The notes under the pieces are model-generated. The model saw nothing but the letters and a program-made list of their open reading frames with translations. It was not told where the DNA came from and searched no databases. Of a DNA stretch of 49,881 nucleotides, positions 14,945 through 23,255 are shown in pieces. Origin of the DNA: Solirubrobacterales bacterium (GTDB taxonomy: Bacteria > Actinomycetota > Thermoleophilia > Solirubrobacterales > 70-9); NCBI GenBank assembly GCA_021154855.1, contig JAJKHV010000173.1:1-49881 (forward strand), in the 5' to 3' direction. The translations under genes were made by a program, and so were the position numbers. Within the stretch, counting starts at the first letter, position 1, and every line of letters starts with the position of its first letter.

Positions 14945-15625
14945 GTGGATTCGCCACCTACTTCGAATCCAGATCGAGCCCTCAGCGGGCGCCACGGCTT
15001 GCCGCGGGCCTACCTGGTCCGCTCCCAGCGGGAGCGGCTGCTGGAGGCGATGCTGCGAGTCGCCGCGGCAAAGGGCTACGAGGCAACCACGGTGACCGAT
15101 GTGATCGAGGTGGCAGGAGTCTCCCGGGAGGCCTTCGAGGAGATGTTCGGCGACAAGCCGACCTGCTTCCTCGAGGCCTACGACGCGGTCTTCGACGTAC
15201 TCGTCGCCCACGTCACCGCAGCCTTTGAGTCAGCGGCGAGCGAGCCCTGGCCGGAGCGGATCGCCGCCGGCCTGGATGCGCTGGTCGGATTGCTCGCCAC
15301 CGAGGCCGACATCGCCCGTCTCTCGATGGTCGAGGTCACCGCTGCAGGCGACGATGCCCGAGCGCGCTACCGCGCCGCGCTGGCGCGCTTCACGCCCTTT
15401 CTCGAGGAAGGCCGGGAGTACTCCAATCAGGGTGAGGAGCTGCCGGCGGATACCGCGCGCTTCGCGATCGGCGGCGCCACCTCGATGATCTTCGATGAGA
15501 TCCGTGCTGGTCGAGGCCCGGAACTGCAGCGGATCCTGCCCGACCTGGTCTTCGCCGTGCTGATGCCTTACCTCGGCCCCGAAGAGGCTGAGAGCGAGAT
15601 GCGCCGCGTCACCCGAGGTACATAG
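14945..15625 (+). CDS. TetR/AcrR-family transcriptional regulator (array member 7)
   Basis: GTG start. Sequence reads LSGRHGLPRAYLVRSQRERLLEAMLRVAAAKGYEATTVTDVIEVAGVSREAFEEMFGDKPTCFLEAY ... ILPDLVFAVLMPYLG. Confidence 0.85.
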   Translation: MDSPPTSNPDRALSGRHGLPRAYLVRSQRERLLEAMLRVAAAKGYEATTVTDVIEVAGVSREAFEEMFGDKPTCFLEAYDAVFDVLVAHVTAAFESAASEPWPERIAAGLDALVGLLATEADIARLSMVEVTAAGDDARARYRAALARFTPFLEEGREYSNQGEELPADTARFAIGGATSMIFDEIRAGRGPELQRILPDLVFAVLMPYLGPEEAESEMRRVTRGT

Positions 15626-15642
15626 AGCCGGGAGTCCGGCTC
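15625..15642. terminator. Compact hairpin between convergent genes (possible bidirectional terminator)
   Basis: GAGCCGG-GAGT-CCGGCTC is a 7-bp stem with a 4-nt loop. It touches both stop codons (TAG 15623-15625 and the minus-strand TGA 15641-15643). There is no U-tract. Confidence 0.35.
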
Positions 15643-16393
15643 AAACGCCTTTGCCGTGACGGCCGGCGCCATCAGCAAAAAGCTTTGCTCCTTCGACCGC
15701 TACGTGAAGAGTCTCGCGGCCGAGCTCGTGCTCCAGGGCGATGCCGTCGGCCAGGGGCAGGCCGAAGCCCTCGATCGCGGCGCGGCGGTCGGCGAGCATC
15801 GTCTCTTGCGGAAATGCAGCGATCCGCTCCGCCAATTCCAACGCCCGTTCCAGGTGCGTCCCGGGCTCGACGACCTCGTTGACGAGGCCGATCCGCAGCG
15901 CCTCCTCCGCCTCGACCGGGCGGCCGGTGAGGATCAGGTCAAGCGCCCGACCCATGCCGAGGATGCGGGGCAGGCGCTGGGTGCCACCGTCGACCAGCGG
16001 CACGCCCCAGCGACGCTCGAAAAGGCCAAAGGTCGACCCCGTGGTGGCAATCCGAAGGTCGCACCAGAGCGCCAGCTCGACGCCACCCGCCAGGCACCAG
16101 CCGTCGATCGCGGCGATTGCCGGCTTGCCCGGAGTCAGGCGGGTGGGCCCCATCGGACCGTGCGGGTGATCGACGTCGAGATCCATCGCCTTGAGGTCGG
16201 CGCCCGCGCAGAAGGCCTGACCGCCGGCGCCGGTGAGGACGAGCACGCGGGCGGCCTCGTCGGCTTCGAAGTCCTTCAACCCCTGCCGGAATGCCTCCGC
16301 GGCGGCGGCGTCGATCGCGTTGCGCCGCTCGGGCCGGTCGATCGTCAGCACACTCGCGGCGCCGACCCGCTCGTAGCGAAGCTCCCCGCTCAT
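15641..16393 (-). CDS. Enoyl-CoA hydratase/isomerase (crotonase) family protein
   Basis: Sequence reads MSGELRYERVGAASVLTIDRPERRNAIDAAAAEAFRQGLKDFEADEAARVLVLTGAGGQAFCAGADLKAM. I chose the internal ATG 16393, which has GAGGA 7 nt upstream. The track ORF extension to 16627 is Arg/Pro/Ala-rich and not crotonase-like. Confidence 0.85.
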   Translation of the reverse strand: MSGELRYERVGAASVLTIDRPERRNAIDAAAAEAFRQGLKDFEADEAARVLVLTGAGGQAFCAGADLKAMDLDVDHPHGPMGPTRLTPGKPAIAAIDGWCLAGGVELALWCDLRIATTGSTFGLFERRWGVPLVDGGTQRLPRILGMGRALDLILTGRPVEAEEALRIGLVNEVVEPGTHLERALELAERIAAFPQETMLADRRAAIEGFGLPLADGIALEHELGRETLHVAVEGAKLFADGAGRHGKGV

Positions 16394-16872
16394 CGTTCGA
16401 TCCTCGCACAGGCTGGCCGCAACATCGCTGGGAAGATGGGGAGCGGGCGGGCTAGTCGCGGCGGCCATCCGGGTCTCGCGGCGACGCCCAGCTCCCGGGT
16501 GCGCCCCGGCACGCGCGGCGGTCGAGGGCAGGTGCTCGACGGCCGGACGAGACGCTAGGCGCCTCCCCGGACGCCATGACGCTGACGTCATGTTTCGTCT
16601 CGCTATCCAAGACAAACGCGACGTCACCTTTTAGAGCACGAAAAAGCGACCGGTGGTGGGGCTCGGTTGCCTGCCGCGTGCGTAGCCTTCGCACACTGAA
16701 GCTCGTCGCGCCACCTCCGAGACGTGCTCCGCTTGGCTTCCGCGGACCGCGTCTCTCCCAGTCGCACGATCAACTTAGCGCGAGCGCCTTCGCGGTGGAA
16801 GGGGGGTGACGTAAACGTTCCCGCAAACTGCATGGTTTCCCGCCTCGCGCCTGGGGCGGCTAGATTGCCTTT

Positions 16873-17790
16873 GTGCGAATCGACCAGATCATCGCCTCCA
16901 AAGCACCGACCTTTTCGGTCGAGCTCTTCCCGCCGAAGACGGAGGAGGGGACCGAGGCGCTGTACGCGACGGCGCGCTCGCTGCGCGAGCTGGAGCCGGA
17001 CTTCGTCTCCGTCACCTACGGCGCCGGGGGGTCAACTCGGGAGGGGACAGTCGAGATCACCCGGGCGCTGAAGGACGACCTCGGCTTCGAGACGATGGCG
17101 CACCTGAGCTGCGTCGGCGAGAGCGCCGAGGGCATCGGCGCAACGCTGGATCGAATCGCCGCGGCCGGGATCGAGAACGTCTTTGCGCTGCGTGGTGACC
17201 CGCCGCGGGGGCAGGAGGACTTCGTCCAGCCTGAGGGGGGCCTCGGCAGTGCTGCCGAGCTCACCGCGTTCATCGCATCGAAATGGGACTTCACCGTCGG
17301 CGGCGCCTGCTTTCCCGAGGTCCACCCCGAGGCTCCCGACCTCGAGACCGATCTCGCCTATCTGAAGACCAAGGTCGACGCCGGCGCAACTTTCCTGATC
17401 ACGCAGCTCTTCTTCGACAATCAGGTGTACTTCGACTTCGTGGCCGCGGCGCGGGCGGCGGGTATCGACGTGCCGATCGTCGCCGGGGTGATCCCGGTTG
17501 CGACCTTCGCTCAGACGAAGCGGATCTGCAACCTCTGCGACGCCTCGATTCCGCCCCGCCTCGAAGCGGCGTTTGCGGCGGCCGGCGGCGACGAGCGGGC
17601 GGAGTTCGAGCTCGGTGTCGCCTATGCCGCCCAGCAATGTTCGGAGCTCCTCCTCGCCGGCGCTCCCGGCATCCACTTCTACGCGCTCAACCGGGCGCCG
17701 GCGACGCGTGCGGTGCTGGGCGCGCTGAAGGCGGCACGCCCGTGGGACCGGCGGCGCGACGACACGGGCGACCTGGCCAGGTCTCTCTGA
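16873..17790 (+). CDS. metF: 5,10-methylenetetrahydrofolate reductase
   Basis: Sequence reads FSVELFPPKTEEGTEALYATARSLRELEPDFVSVTYGAGGSTREGTVEITRALKDDLGFETMAHLSCVG ... LITQLFFD. GTG start. Confidence 0.9.
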   Translation: MRIDQIIASKAPTFSVELFPPKTEEGTEALYATARSLRELEPDFVSVTYGAGGSTREGTVEITRALKDDLGFETMAHLSCVGESAEGIGATLDRIAAAGIENVFALRGDPPRGQEDFVQPEGGLGSAAELTAFIASKWDFTVGGACFPEVHPEAPDLETDLAYLKTKVDAGATFLITQLFFDNQVYFDFVAAARAAGIDVPIVAGVIPVATFAQTKRICNLCDASIPPRLEAAFAAAGGDERAEFELGVAYAAQQCSELLLAGAPGIHFYALNRAPATRAVLGALKAARPWDRRRDDTGDLARSL

Positions 17791-17808
17791 GTAAAATGGC
17801 GCGGCCTC

Positions 17809-18591
17809 ATGGCTAACCGCAGGGACGAAGAGAGGGAGCGACTCCGCCAGGCCAGGCAGGAACGCGAGAAGAAACAGTCGGGTTCCGAGCGGCGGCGCTT
17901 GCTGATCGGCTACGGCGTGGCCGGTCTCGTCGGCCTTGCCGTGCTCGCCGGGATCGTCGCGATCGTCGTCTCCGCCGCCAACAAGAACGACAGCGGGGAA
18001 TCCCACATCAACCAATCCTCGGGCTCGACCAACGGCGTCCAACCCGACGAACGCTCCGGAACGACGCCGCCGTCGCCGAAGGTGACCAACCTCGACGAGG
18101 CGGCCAAGAAGGCGGGCTGCGACCTGCGCCTCAAGCTTCCCGAAGAGGGCCACAATCACATTCCGCCGACCGCGGCGACGCCCGAATACAAAACCAATCC
18201 GCCCACGTCCGGCAACCACGTCGAACCTCCCTACCAGCAGGCTGACGGCGCCTACAAGGAAATGCCTCAGGAAATCGACTTCGTTCACTCGATGGAGCAC
18301 GGCCGGCTGGAGATCCAATACAGCCCGGGCCTCTCCGAAAGCGCGCAGCTGGAACTGATCGGCCTCTACGACACGATGTACGGGGCCACCTTGCTCTTCC
18401 CGAACGAAAACATGCCTTATGAAGTGGCCGCCACCACCTGGCGCAACCTGATCGGCTGCAACGAATACAAGGGCGCGATCACCCTCGACGCGATCCGCGA
18501 CTTCGGCGCAAAGACCTGGGGCCACGGACGCGAGCCCGTCGCGGGCTTCGCCTTCACCGGCCCGACGCCGGAAGAACCGACGATCAAGTAG
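17809..18591 (+). CDS. Membrane-anchored DUF3105-like protein
   Basis: It has a basic N-terminus and one TM segment (LLIGYGVAGLVGLAVLAGIVAIVV). The stretch YKTNPPTSGNHVEPPYQQADGAYKEMPQEIDFVHSMEHGRLEIQYSP matches my recollection of the actinobacterial DUF3105 signature. This needs an HMM check. Confidence 0.6.
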   Translation: MANRRDEERERLRQARQEREKKQSGSERRRLLIGYGVAGLVGLAVLAGIVAIVVSAANKNDSGESHINQSSGSTNGVQPDERSGTTPPSPKVTNLDEAAKKAGCDLRLKLPEEGHNHIPPTAATPEYKTNPPTSGNHVEPPYQQADGAYKEMPQEIDFVHSMEHGRLEIQYSPGLSESAQLELIGLYDTMYGATLLFPNENMPYEVAATTWRNLIGCNEYKGAITLDAIRDFGAKTWGHGREPVAGFAFTGPTPEEPTIK

Positions 18592-19567
18592 CGCGGTAAG
18601 CGGGGAAGAAGCCGCCGGCCTCGCGGCCCCCGGCAAGACGCAAATACGCCTTTGTGTCGCAGACGATCTCCGAGGTGGACCAGGGCAGCTCGCGGTTGGC
18701 GAAGCCGCGCTTGAACTCCTCCAGCCGGTCACCGGCCGAGATCCCGCCGCCGAGATTGAGCGGCAAACCCTGCTCGGCGGAGAGCTCGACCAGGGAGGCA
18801 ACGACGTTCTTCATCGGCGAGTCGCGCAGATGGGAATCGATGCTGCCGCTCAGGTAGTAGTGGAGGTAGTCATCGCTGCGAACCGCGATCGAGGCCGCGG
18901 CGATCTCGCCGTTGGGAGCTTCGGCGAGGGCGAGCCACGCCTGGCTCGATTCGAGGATTCGATCGAAGTAGGCGGCCGAGAAGAAATAGCGCTCGCCGGC
19001 GCCGGTACGGCGCATCGTCTCCTCGTAGGCGGCGAGAAAGCCGCGGCGCTGGGCTGCGGTCGTCTCGGGGCCTGAAAGCAACTGCAGCTCATAGCCGCGG
19101 CGCAGGTTCTTATTGATCTGGTTGCGATCGCTGGAGCGGCTCTTGGACGGCAGCCTGGGGTCGGCGATCTGGACCACGTTGCGCTCGCTGGCGCCGCTGA
19201 GAGGAGGAGCGCTGAGGGTGTGGCGGATGAAGACGGTGACGAGCCCGGTCGGAGAAAAGTCGACGGCCGCCGGCTCGATTGAGGTCCCGCCAGGCGCTGC
19301 AACCCCCGGATACCCATAGGGCGAGATCGCGTCGAGCTCAGCCCCGGCCGTACGGAACGTGGGTTCGGAGTCGACATTTCCTCTCGTCGGGGAGGGAATT
19401 TCGCGGACGATCAGAGGCGCCAGCAGCTCCACGTCGTCGGTCGCTATGCGCAGGGTGTGGGTGACTCCTTCGGCATCGAAGAACGGGCGCGAGCGGAAGA
19501 ACTCGTCGCTGACCGCCGCTTCGCCGCGATCCTCGATCAACTCGGCCTTGGCGAGCGGCTTGCTCAC
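18584..19567 (-). CDS. FemAB-like / Acetyltransf_6 GNAT-fold protein (aminoacyl- or acyl-transferase of a glycan locus)
   Basis: Sequence reads SSDRNQINKNLRRGYELQLLSG...FLAAYEETMRRTGAGERYFFSAAYFDRI...LHYYLSGSIDSHLRDSPMKNVV...EEFKRGFAN. The family assignment is from memory of FemAB/BioF2-like proteins. Confidence 0.5.
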   Translation of the reverse strand: MSKPLAKAELIEDRGEAAVSDEFFRSRPFFDAEGVTHTLRIATDDVELLAPLIVREIPSPTRGNVDSEPTFRTAGAELDAISPYGYPGVAAPGGTSIEPAAVDFSPTGLVTVFIRHTLSAPPLSGASERNVVQIADPRLPSKSRSSDRNQINKNLRRGYELQLLSGPETTAAQRRGFLAAYEETMRRTGAGERYFFSAAYFDRILESSQAWLALAEAPNGEIAAASIAVRSDDYLHYYLSGSIDSHLRDSPMKNVVASLVELSAEQGLPLNLGGGISAGDRLEEFKRGFANRELPWSTSEIVCDTKAYLRLAGGREAGGFFPAYRAT

Positions 19568-20175
19568 GAGAGGAGGTCGGCGGCGGCGACGCGGAACTCC
19601 TCGGGAAGAACGCCCCAGACCTCGCAGTCGTCGGCCGGCGCGCCATCGCGACGCAGGTGAGCACGCATCGTCCCCTCGTGCTTCCAGCCGAGGCTGGTCA
19701 CGGTCTTCTTGGCTATCTCGTTGCGAGCGGGGATCCGCCCGTAGACCCGGTGGGCGCCGAACTCGTCGAAGGCCTTGGCGATCGTCAGCGCCTCAGCGCG
19801 GCGGCCGACGCCCTTGCCCCGCACGTCGTCGCCGATCAACGCTCCAAGCTCGGGCGCAGTCTGGCGAAAGAGCCCGTAGAGGGCGGTGAAGCCGACCGGC
19901 TCCGCATAGTCCTCGACCACGATCGCGTACTTACGGTCCTCGCCCGAATCGTCCATCGCCCGCCCGACCCAGGCCTCCGCTTCAGCAAGCGAGAACCCAT
20001 CCCGCTGCTCCATCAGCGAAGCGGTCGCGGCCGGGTTGTTGAACCAGCGGTGCACCGCGGCGGCATCGCCCGGCTCGAAGCTGCGCAGGCTTACGTGGGG
20101 AGGCCGATCGTTCACGGCGAAAACCCTACGGCCTCCGCTCTCCCCTTGGGCGTAACGCTTATCCGTGAATCCCAT
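19564..20175 (-). CDS. GNAT-family N-acetyltransferase (RimJ/RimL-like)
   Basis: Sequence reads FEPGDAAAVHRWFNNP...YAIVVEDYAEPVGFTALYGL...GALIGDDVRGKGVGRRAEALTIAKAFDEFGAHRVYGRIPARNEIAKKTVTSLGWKHEG. It overlaps the next gene by 4 bp. Confidence 0.8.
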   Translation of the reverse strand: MGFTDKRYAQGESGGRRVFAVNDRPPHVSLRSFEPGDAAAVHRWFNNPAATASLMEQRDGFSLAEAEAWVGRAMDDSGEDRKYAIVVEDYAEPVGFTALYGLFRQTAPELGALIGDDVRGKGVGRRAEALTIAKAFDEFGAHRVYGRIPARNEIAKKTVTSLGWKHEGTMRAHLRRDGAPADDCEVWGVLPEEFRVAAADLLS

Positions 20176-20252
20176 GAAGGGCGTTACGCCGGTGCCATTG
20201 ACCGGGCGTAACGCTTTATCCCCCTATTACGTGGACAACGCGTTGCACCCGG

Positions 20253-20816
20253 TCAGTCCGGGGCAAGACCGTGGCCCGTTATGAGCAGCCAAAGAGTTTT
20301 GAGCAGGATGCGGGCGTCGAGGGTGGTGCTGCGGTGCTCGACGTACCAGAGGTCGAGCTCGATCCGCTCCTCCCAGGGGATGCCGGCTCGACCTTGGACC
20401 TGCGCCCAGCCGGTGATCCCAGGGCGGACGTCATGACGGTGATGCTGGCGGGGCGTATAGGCGACGACCTGGGCCGGAATCGTCGGGCGGGGACCGACGA
20501 TCGCCATCTCGCCGCGAAGGACGTTGACCAGGTTGGGGATCTCGTCGAGCGAGGTTCGACGCAGGATGCGACCGGCGCGGGTGACACGGGGGTCGTCGCG
20601 GGTTACGACGGTGCCGACGCCGATGGGGTCGGAGCCGGGGGTCATCGTCCGCAACTTCAGCATCTCGAACTCCTCGCCGTCCCGACCGACTCGGCGCTGC
20701 CGGTAGAAGATTGGGCCGCGGCTCCCCAGCTTGATCGCGAGCATGCCCAGCGCCATGAAAGGAGATAGGACGATGAGCGCGAGCGCGGCGATCAGGATGT
20801 CGAAGGTTCGAGGCAT
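20253..20816 (-). CDS. Polyprenyl-phosphate sugar-1-phosphate transferase (bacterial sugar transferase, EpsL/WbaP C-terminal type), priming enzyme
   Basis: Sequence reads MPRTFDILIAALALIVLSPFMALGMLAIKLGSRGPIFYRQRRVGRDGEEFEMLKLRTM...DPRVTRAGRILRRTSLDEIPNLVNVLRGEMAIVGPRP. ATG 20816 is preferred over the track start 20921. Confidence 0.85.
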   Translation of the reverse strand: MPRTFDILIAALALIVLSPFMALGMLAIKLGSRGPIFYRQRRVGRDGEEFEMLKLRTMTPGSDPIGVGTVVTRDDPRVTRAGRILRRTSLDEIPNLVNVLRGEMAIVGPRPTIPAQVVAYTPRQHHRHDVRPGITGWAQVQGRAGIPWEERIELDLWYVEHRSTTLDARILLKTLWLLITGHGLAPD

Positions 20817-20924
20817 CAGCTCACTTCCGATGACCCGTGCGGCCAAGCAGATCAAGTGCGCAGGGAGCGTGGCGTGCTCTGCACGCGAGCGACCGAGGAC
20901 GCCGATATGCGCCGGCCACATGTG

Positions 20925-22049
20925 TCATCGGGTCCCTGGGGCCTTCTCCCAGGCCGCTGGAGGGCCGTGGCGGAAACGATCCCAGAGGCCGGCGGCGATC
21001 GAGAGTGTGGTCATCGCGTAGTAGCGGGCGACCCGCAAGAGGCCGAAGCTGAATTGGCCGCCGAGGATCGCCGCCGCGATCAGCGCCAGCTGAAGGCCAT
21101 AGGTCGCGACGTAGACGCCGCCATGGCCTAGCAGAGCGAGGTTTGCGACGAATGCGATCACGTGGAGGAAGGGGGTGAGGTAGCGCAGCAGGCGGTGTGA
21201 GAGAAGCTCGAAGGCGTAGAGGGGCGTGTAGCCGCGCGGGGAGATCATCCGTTCGCCGACGACGATGTCCCAGATGCCGACCATCATCCGCCGCTTGCGG
21301 GCGAACTCGCCCTGCAGGGTCGGCACCATCTTCTCCTCGGCGCAGGCGGCCGGGACGTAGAAGGAGCGCAGCTTGCGCTTGGCCAGGCGGAAGGGGAAGG
21401 AGAGGTCGTGGCTGCCCGAAGGAGCGAGGGGCAGATACGCGCCTGAGCGCACGGCGTAGATCGCGCCGTTGCCGGCCGTGACACCGGCGAGAGCGGACTC
21501 CATCTCGCGCAGCTTCATCTCGTAGCGCCAGTAGGCGCCCTCGAGGTTGTCGCCCTCGGCGTCGAGGAAACTGACCTGACCGCAGACGTAGGCGACTTGC
21601 CCGTCGGCGAAGGGCTCGACGAGGAGGCGCAGGGCCTCCGAGCGCCAGACGCTGTTGGCGTCGGAGAAGGCGAGGATGTCGCCGGAGGCACGCTCGGCGG
21701 CCGCGTTCTGGGCGGCGATCTTGCCGCCGCGGGGGAGCTCGAGCACGACGTCGGCGCCGGCTGCACGGGCGCGCTCGGCCGTTGCGTCGGCAGAGCCGTC
21801 AGAGGCGACGATCAGCTCTAGCCGCTCGCGCGGGTAGTCGAGCGCGAGCGCGTTGGCGACCTTGTCCGCGATCACCTCCTCCTCGTCATAGGCCGCGACG
21901 ATCAGAGAGACGCGCGGCAGGTCCTCGTGGGCGGTCCCGGCCTCTCTCGGGCGGCGGCGCAGGGCAAGCAGGAGGCGCAGGACAAGCGCATAGCCCAGGT
22001 GCGTATAGACGATCAGCGCGGCGCAGATCCAGAAGATCACGGCAAGCAT
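20925..22049 (-). CDS. Membrane-associated family-2 glycosyltransferase
   Basis: Sequence reads PRVSLIVAAYDEEEVIADKV...LELIVASDGSADAT...ILAFSDANS. It has N- and C-terminal TM segments. Confidence 0.85.
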   Translation of the reverse strand: MLAVIFWICAALIVYTHLGYALVLRLLLALRRRPREAGTAHEDLPRVSLIVAAYDEEEVIADKVANALALDYPRERLELIVASDGSADATAERARAAGADVVLELPRGGKIAAQNAAAERASGDILAFSDANSVWRSEALRLLVEPFADGQVAYVCGQVSFLDAEGDNLEGAYWRYEMKLREMESALAGVTAGNGAIYAVRSGAYLPLAPSGSHDLSFPFRLAKRKLRSFYVPAACAEEKMVPTLQGEFARKRRMMVGIWDIVVGERMISPRGYTPLYAFELLSHRLLRYLTPFLHVIAFVANLALLGHGGVYVATYGLQLALIAAAILGGQFSFGLLRVARYYAMTTLSIAAGLWDRFRHGPPAAWEKAPGTR

Positions 22050-22099
22050 CGGGCGATTATCGGCTTCCGTTGCGCTTTATGCCCGCATGGGGTCGCTGA

Positions 22100-22119
22100 G
22101 CCGCACGGGAACGTGCGGC
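22100..22119 (-). terminator. Intercistronic hairpin (8-bp stem, tetraloop) just after the GT4 stop
   Basis: Plus-strand sequence is GCCGCACG-GGAA-CGTGCGGC. It lies 7 nt downstream of the minus-strand stop at 22126. There is no U-tract, so it may act as an mRNA stabiliser rather than a terminator. Confidence 0.3.
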
Positions 22120-22125
22120 AGACCG

Positions 22126-23232
22126 TCAGTCAGCCAACTCCTCGTAAAGAGCGAGGGTTTGGGTAGCGATTGCGTCCCAGGAGTAAGGACCCGCCGCGGC
22201 CTCCGCCGCTGCGGAACCGAGCCGCGCCCGCGCTGCCGGATCGGCGACCAGCTCAGCCAGCGCCTCCGCCAGTGCACCGGCGTCCTCGGGCGCGACCAGG
22301 CGGGCGGCGCCTGTCGCGGCCACCTCGGGGAAGCCGCCGACCGAGCTGAGCACAAGTGGCTTGCCGAAAGCGAGGCCGGTATAGAGGACGCCGGACTGCT
22401 CGGCGTCCCGGTAGGGAAGGACGACCAGATCGGCGCGGCGGAAGATCGCCGGCACCTCGGCGTCTGCGATGAAACGGGTGACGAAGCGGACTCGACCCGG
22501 CGCCCCGGTCGCGAGTTGACGCAACGGCTCGATGTCCATACGGGGATTGCCGACGATCCACAGCTCGGCGCCCTCAAGCTCGCGGAAGGCCTTCAGCAAG
22601 GTGTCGAGCCCCTTATAAGGGCGCAGCAGCCCGAAGAAGAGGATCACCGGTCCCTCGGCGCCCTCCAGCTCGGCCGGCAGGGGGCTCTCCTTGGGCTGGT
22701 CGGCGAGGTAGTCAAAGGCGCCGTGCGGAATCACGCGGACTTGGGCAGGGTCGAGGCCGAGCTCGTCGCGGAGCCTCGCGGCGCCGTGCTCGGAGTGCAC
22801 GACGACGGCATCCATGCTGCCGAAGAGCCGGCGCGCACTCGACAGCTGGCGGCGGCTGGGCTGCGGTGGCAGGACATAGTGCGCCGTCATCACCCGGGGG
22901 CGCCGCGATGGCAGCAGCCGCGCATCGACGGCCGGCATCGTCAGCCATTGGTAGTGGACGACGTCGGCGTCGAGCTGGCGGCGCAGTCGCAGCATGTCGG
23001 GCAGGTGCTCTGCGGCCTTGAAGAGCCGGCGCCCTGAGGCGTCGAGGCCGCGCTTGGCGCTGCGGCGGTAGAAGAGCTCGCGTACTCGATAGCCCTGCGG
23101 CTCGGGCACCGGGCCGTAGAGGAAACGGCTGGTCAGCAGCTCGACCTCAGCGCCGCCGCGGGCGAGCGCCGCGGCGAGCGCGCGGTCATATGGTGGCGTG
23201 AACGCCGAGGGGTCGACGAGCTGAACCTTCAT
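22126..23232 (-). CDS. Family-4 (GT-B, Glycos_transf_1) glycosyltransferase
   Basis: Sequence reads ILFFGLLRPYKGLDTLLKAF...RVRFVTRFIADAEVPAIFRRADLVVLPYRDAEQSGVLYTGLAFGKPLVLSSVGGFPEV. Confidence 0.85.
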   Translation of the reverse strand: MKVQLVDPSAFTPPYDRALAAALARGGAEVELLTSRFLYGPVPEPQGYRVRELFYRRSAKRGLDASGRRLFKAAEHLPDMLRLRRQLDADVVHYQWLTMPAVDARLLPSRRPRVMTAHYVLPPQPSRRQLSSARRLFGSMDAVVVHSEHGAARLRDELGLDPAQVRVIPHGAFDYLADQPKESPLPAELEGAEGPVILFFGLLRPYKGLDTLLKAFRELEGAELWIVGNPRMDIEPLRQLATGAPGRVRFVTRFIADAEVPAIFRRADLVVLPYRDAEQSGVLYTGLAFGKPLVLSSVGGFPEVAATGAARLVAPEDAGALAEALAELVADPAARARLGSAAAEAAAGPYSWDAIATQTLALYEELAD

Positions 23233-23255
23233 CTGGCGCGTGGCCCCCTAACCGC

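Noticed and set aside
16394-16627. 78-aa N-terminal extension of the enoyl-CoA hydratase ORF
   Set aside because: The extension is Arg/Ala/Pro-rich and not crotonase-like. The internal ATG 16393 has a GAGGA ribosome-binding site and gives a normal-length (250 aa) protein.
16628-16872. Riboswitch (SAM-I/SAM-IV/SAH/THF) in the metF leader
   Set aside because: I could not find the conserved cores I remember for these classes, for example GGCAACC for SAM-IV or the GAGGAGCGCUGC...GGCGCUCAC frame for SAH. This is unresolved without an Infernal scan.
17032-18801. 589-aa minus-strand ORF spanning metF and the DUF3105-like gene
   Set aside because: It is antisense to two genes with clear family signatures. 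Its composition is low-complexity (R/G/A/V/P) and no domain motif is present.
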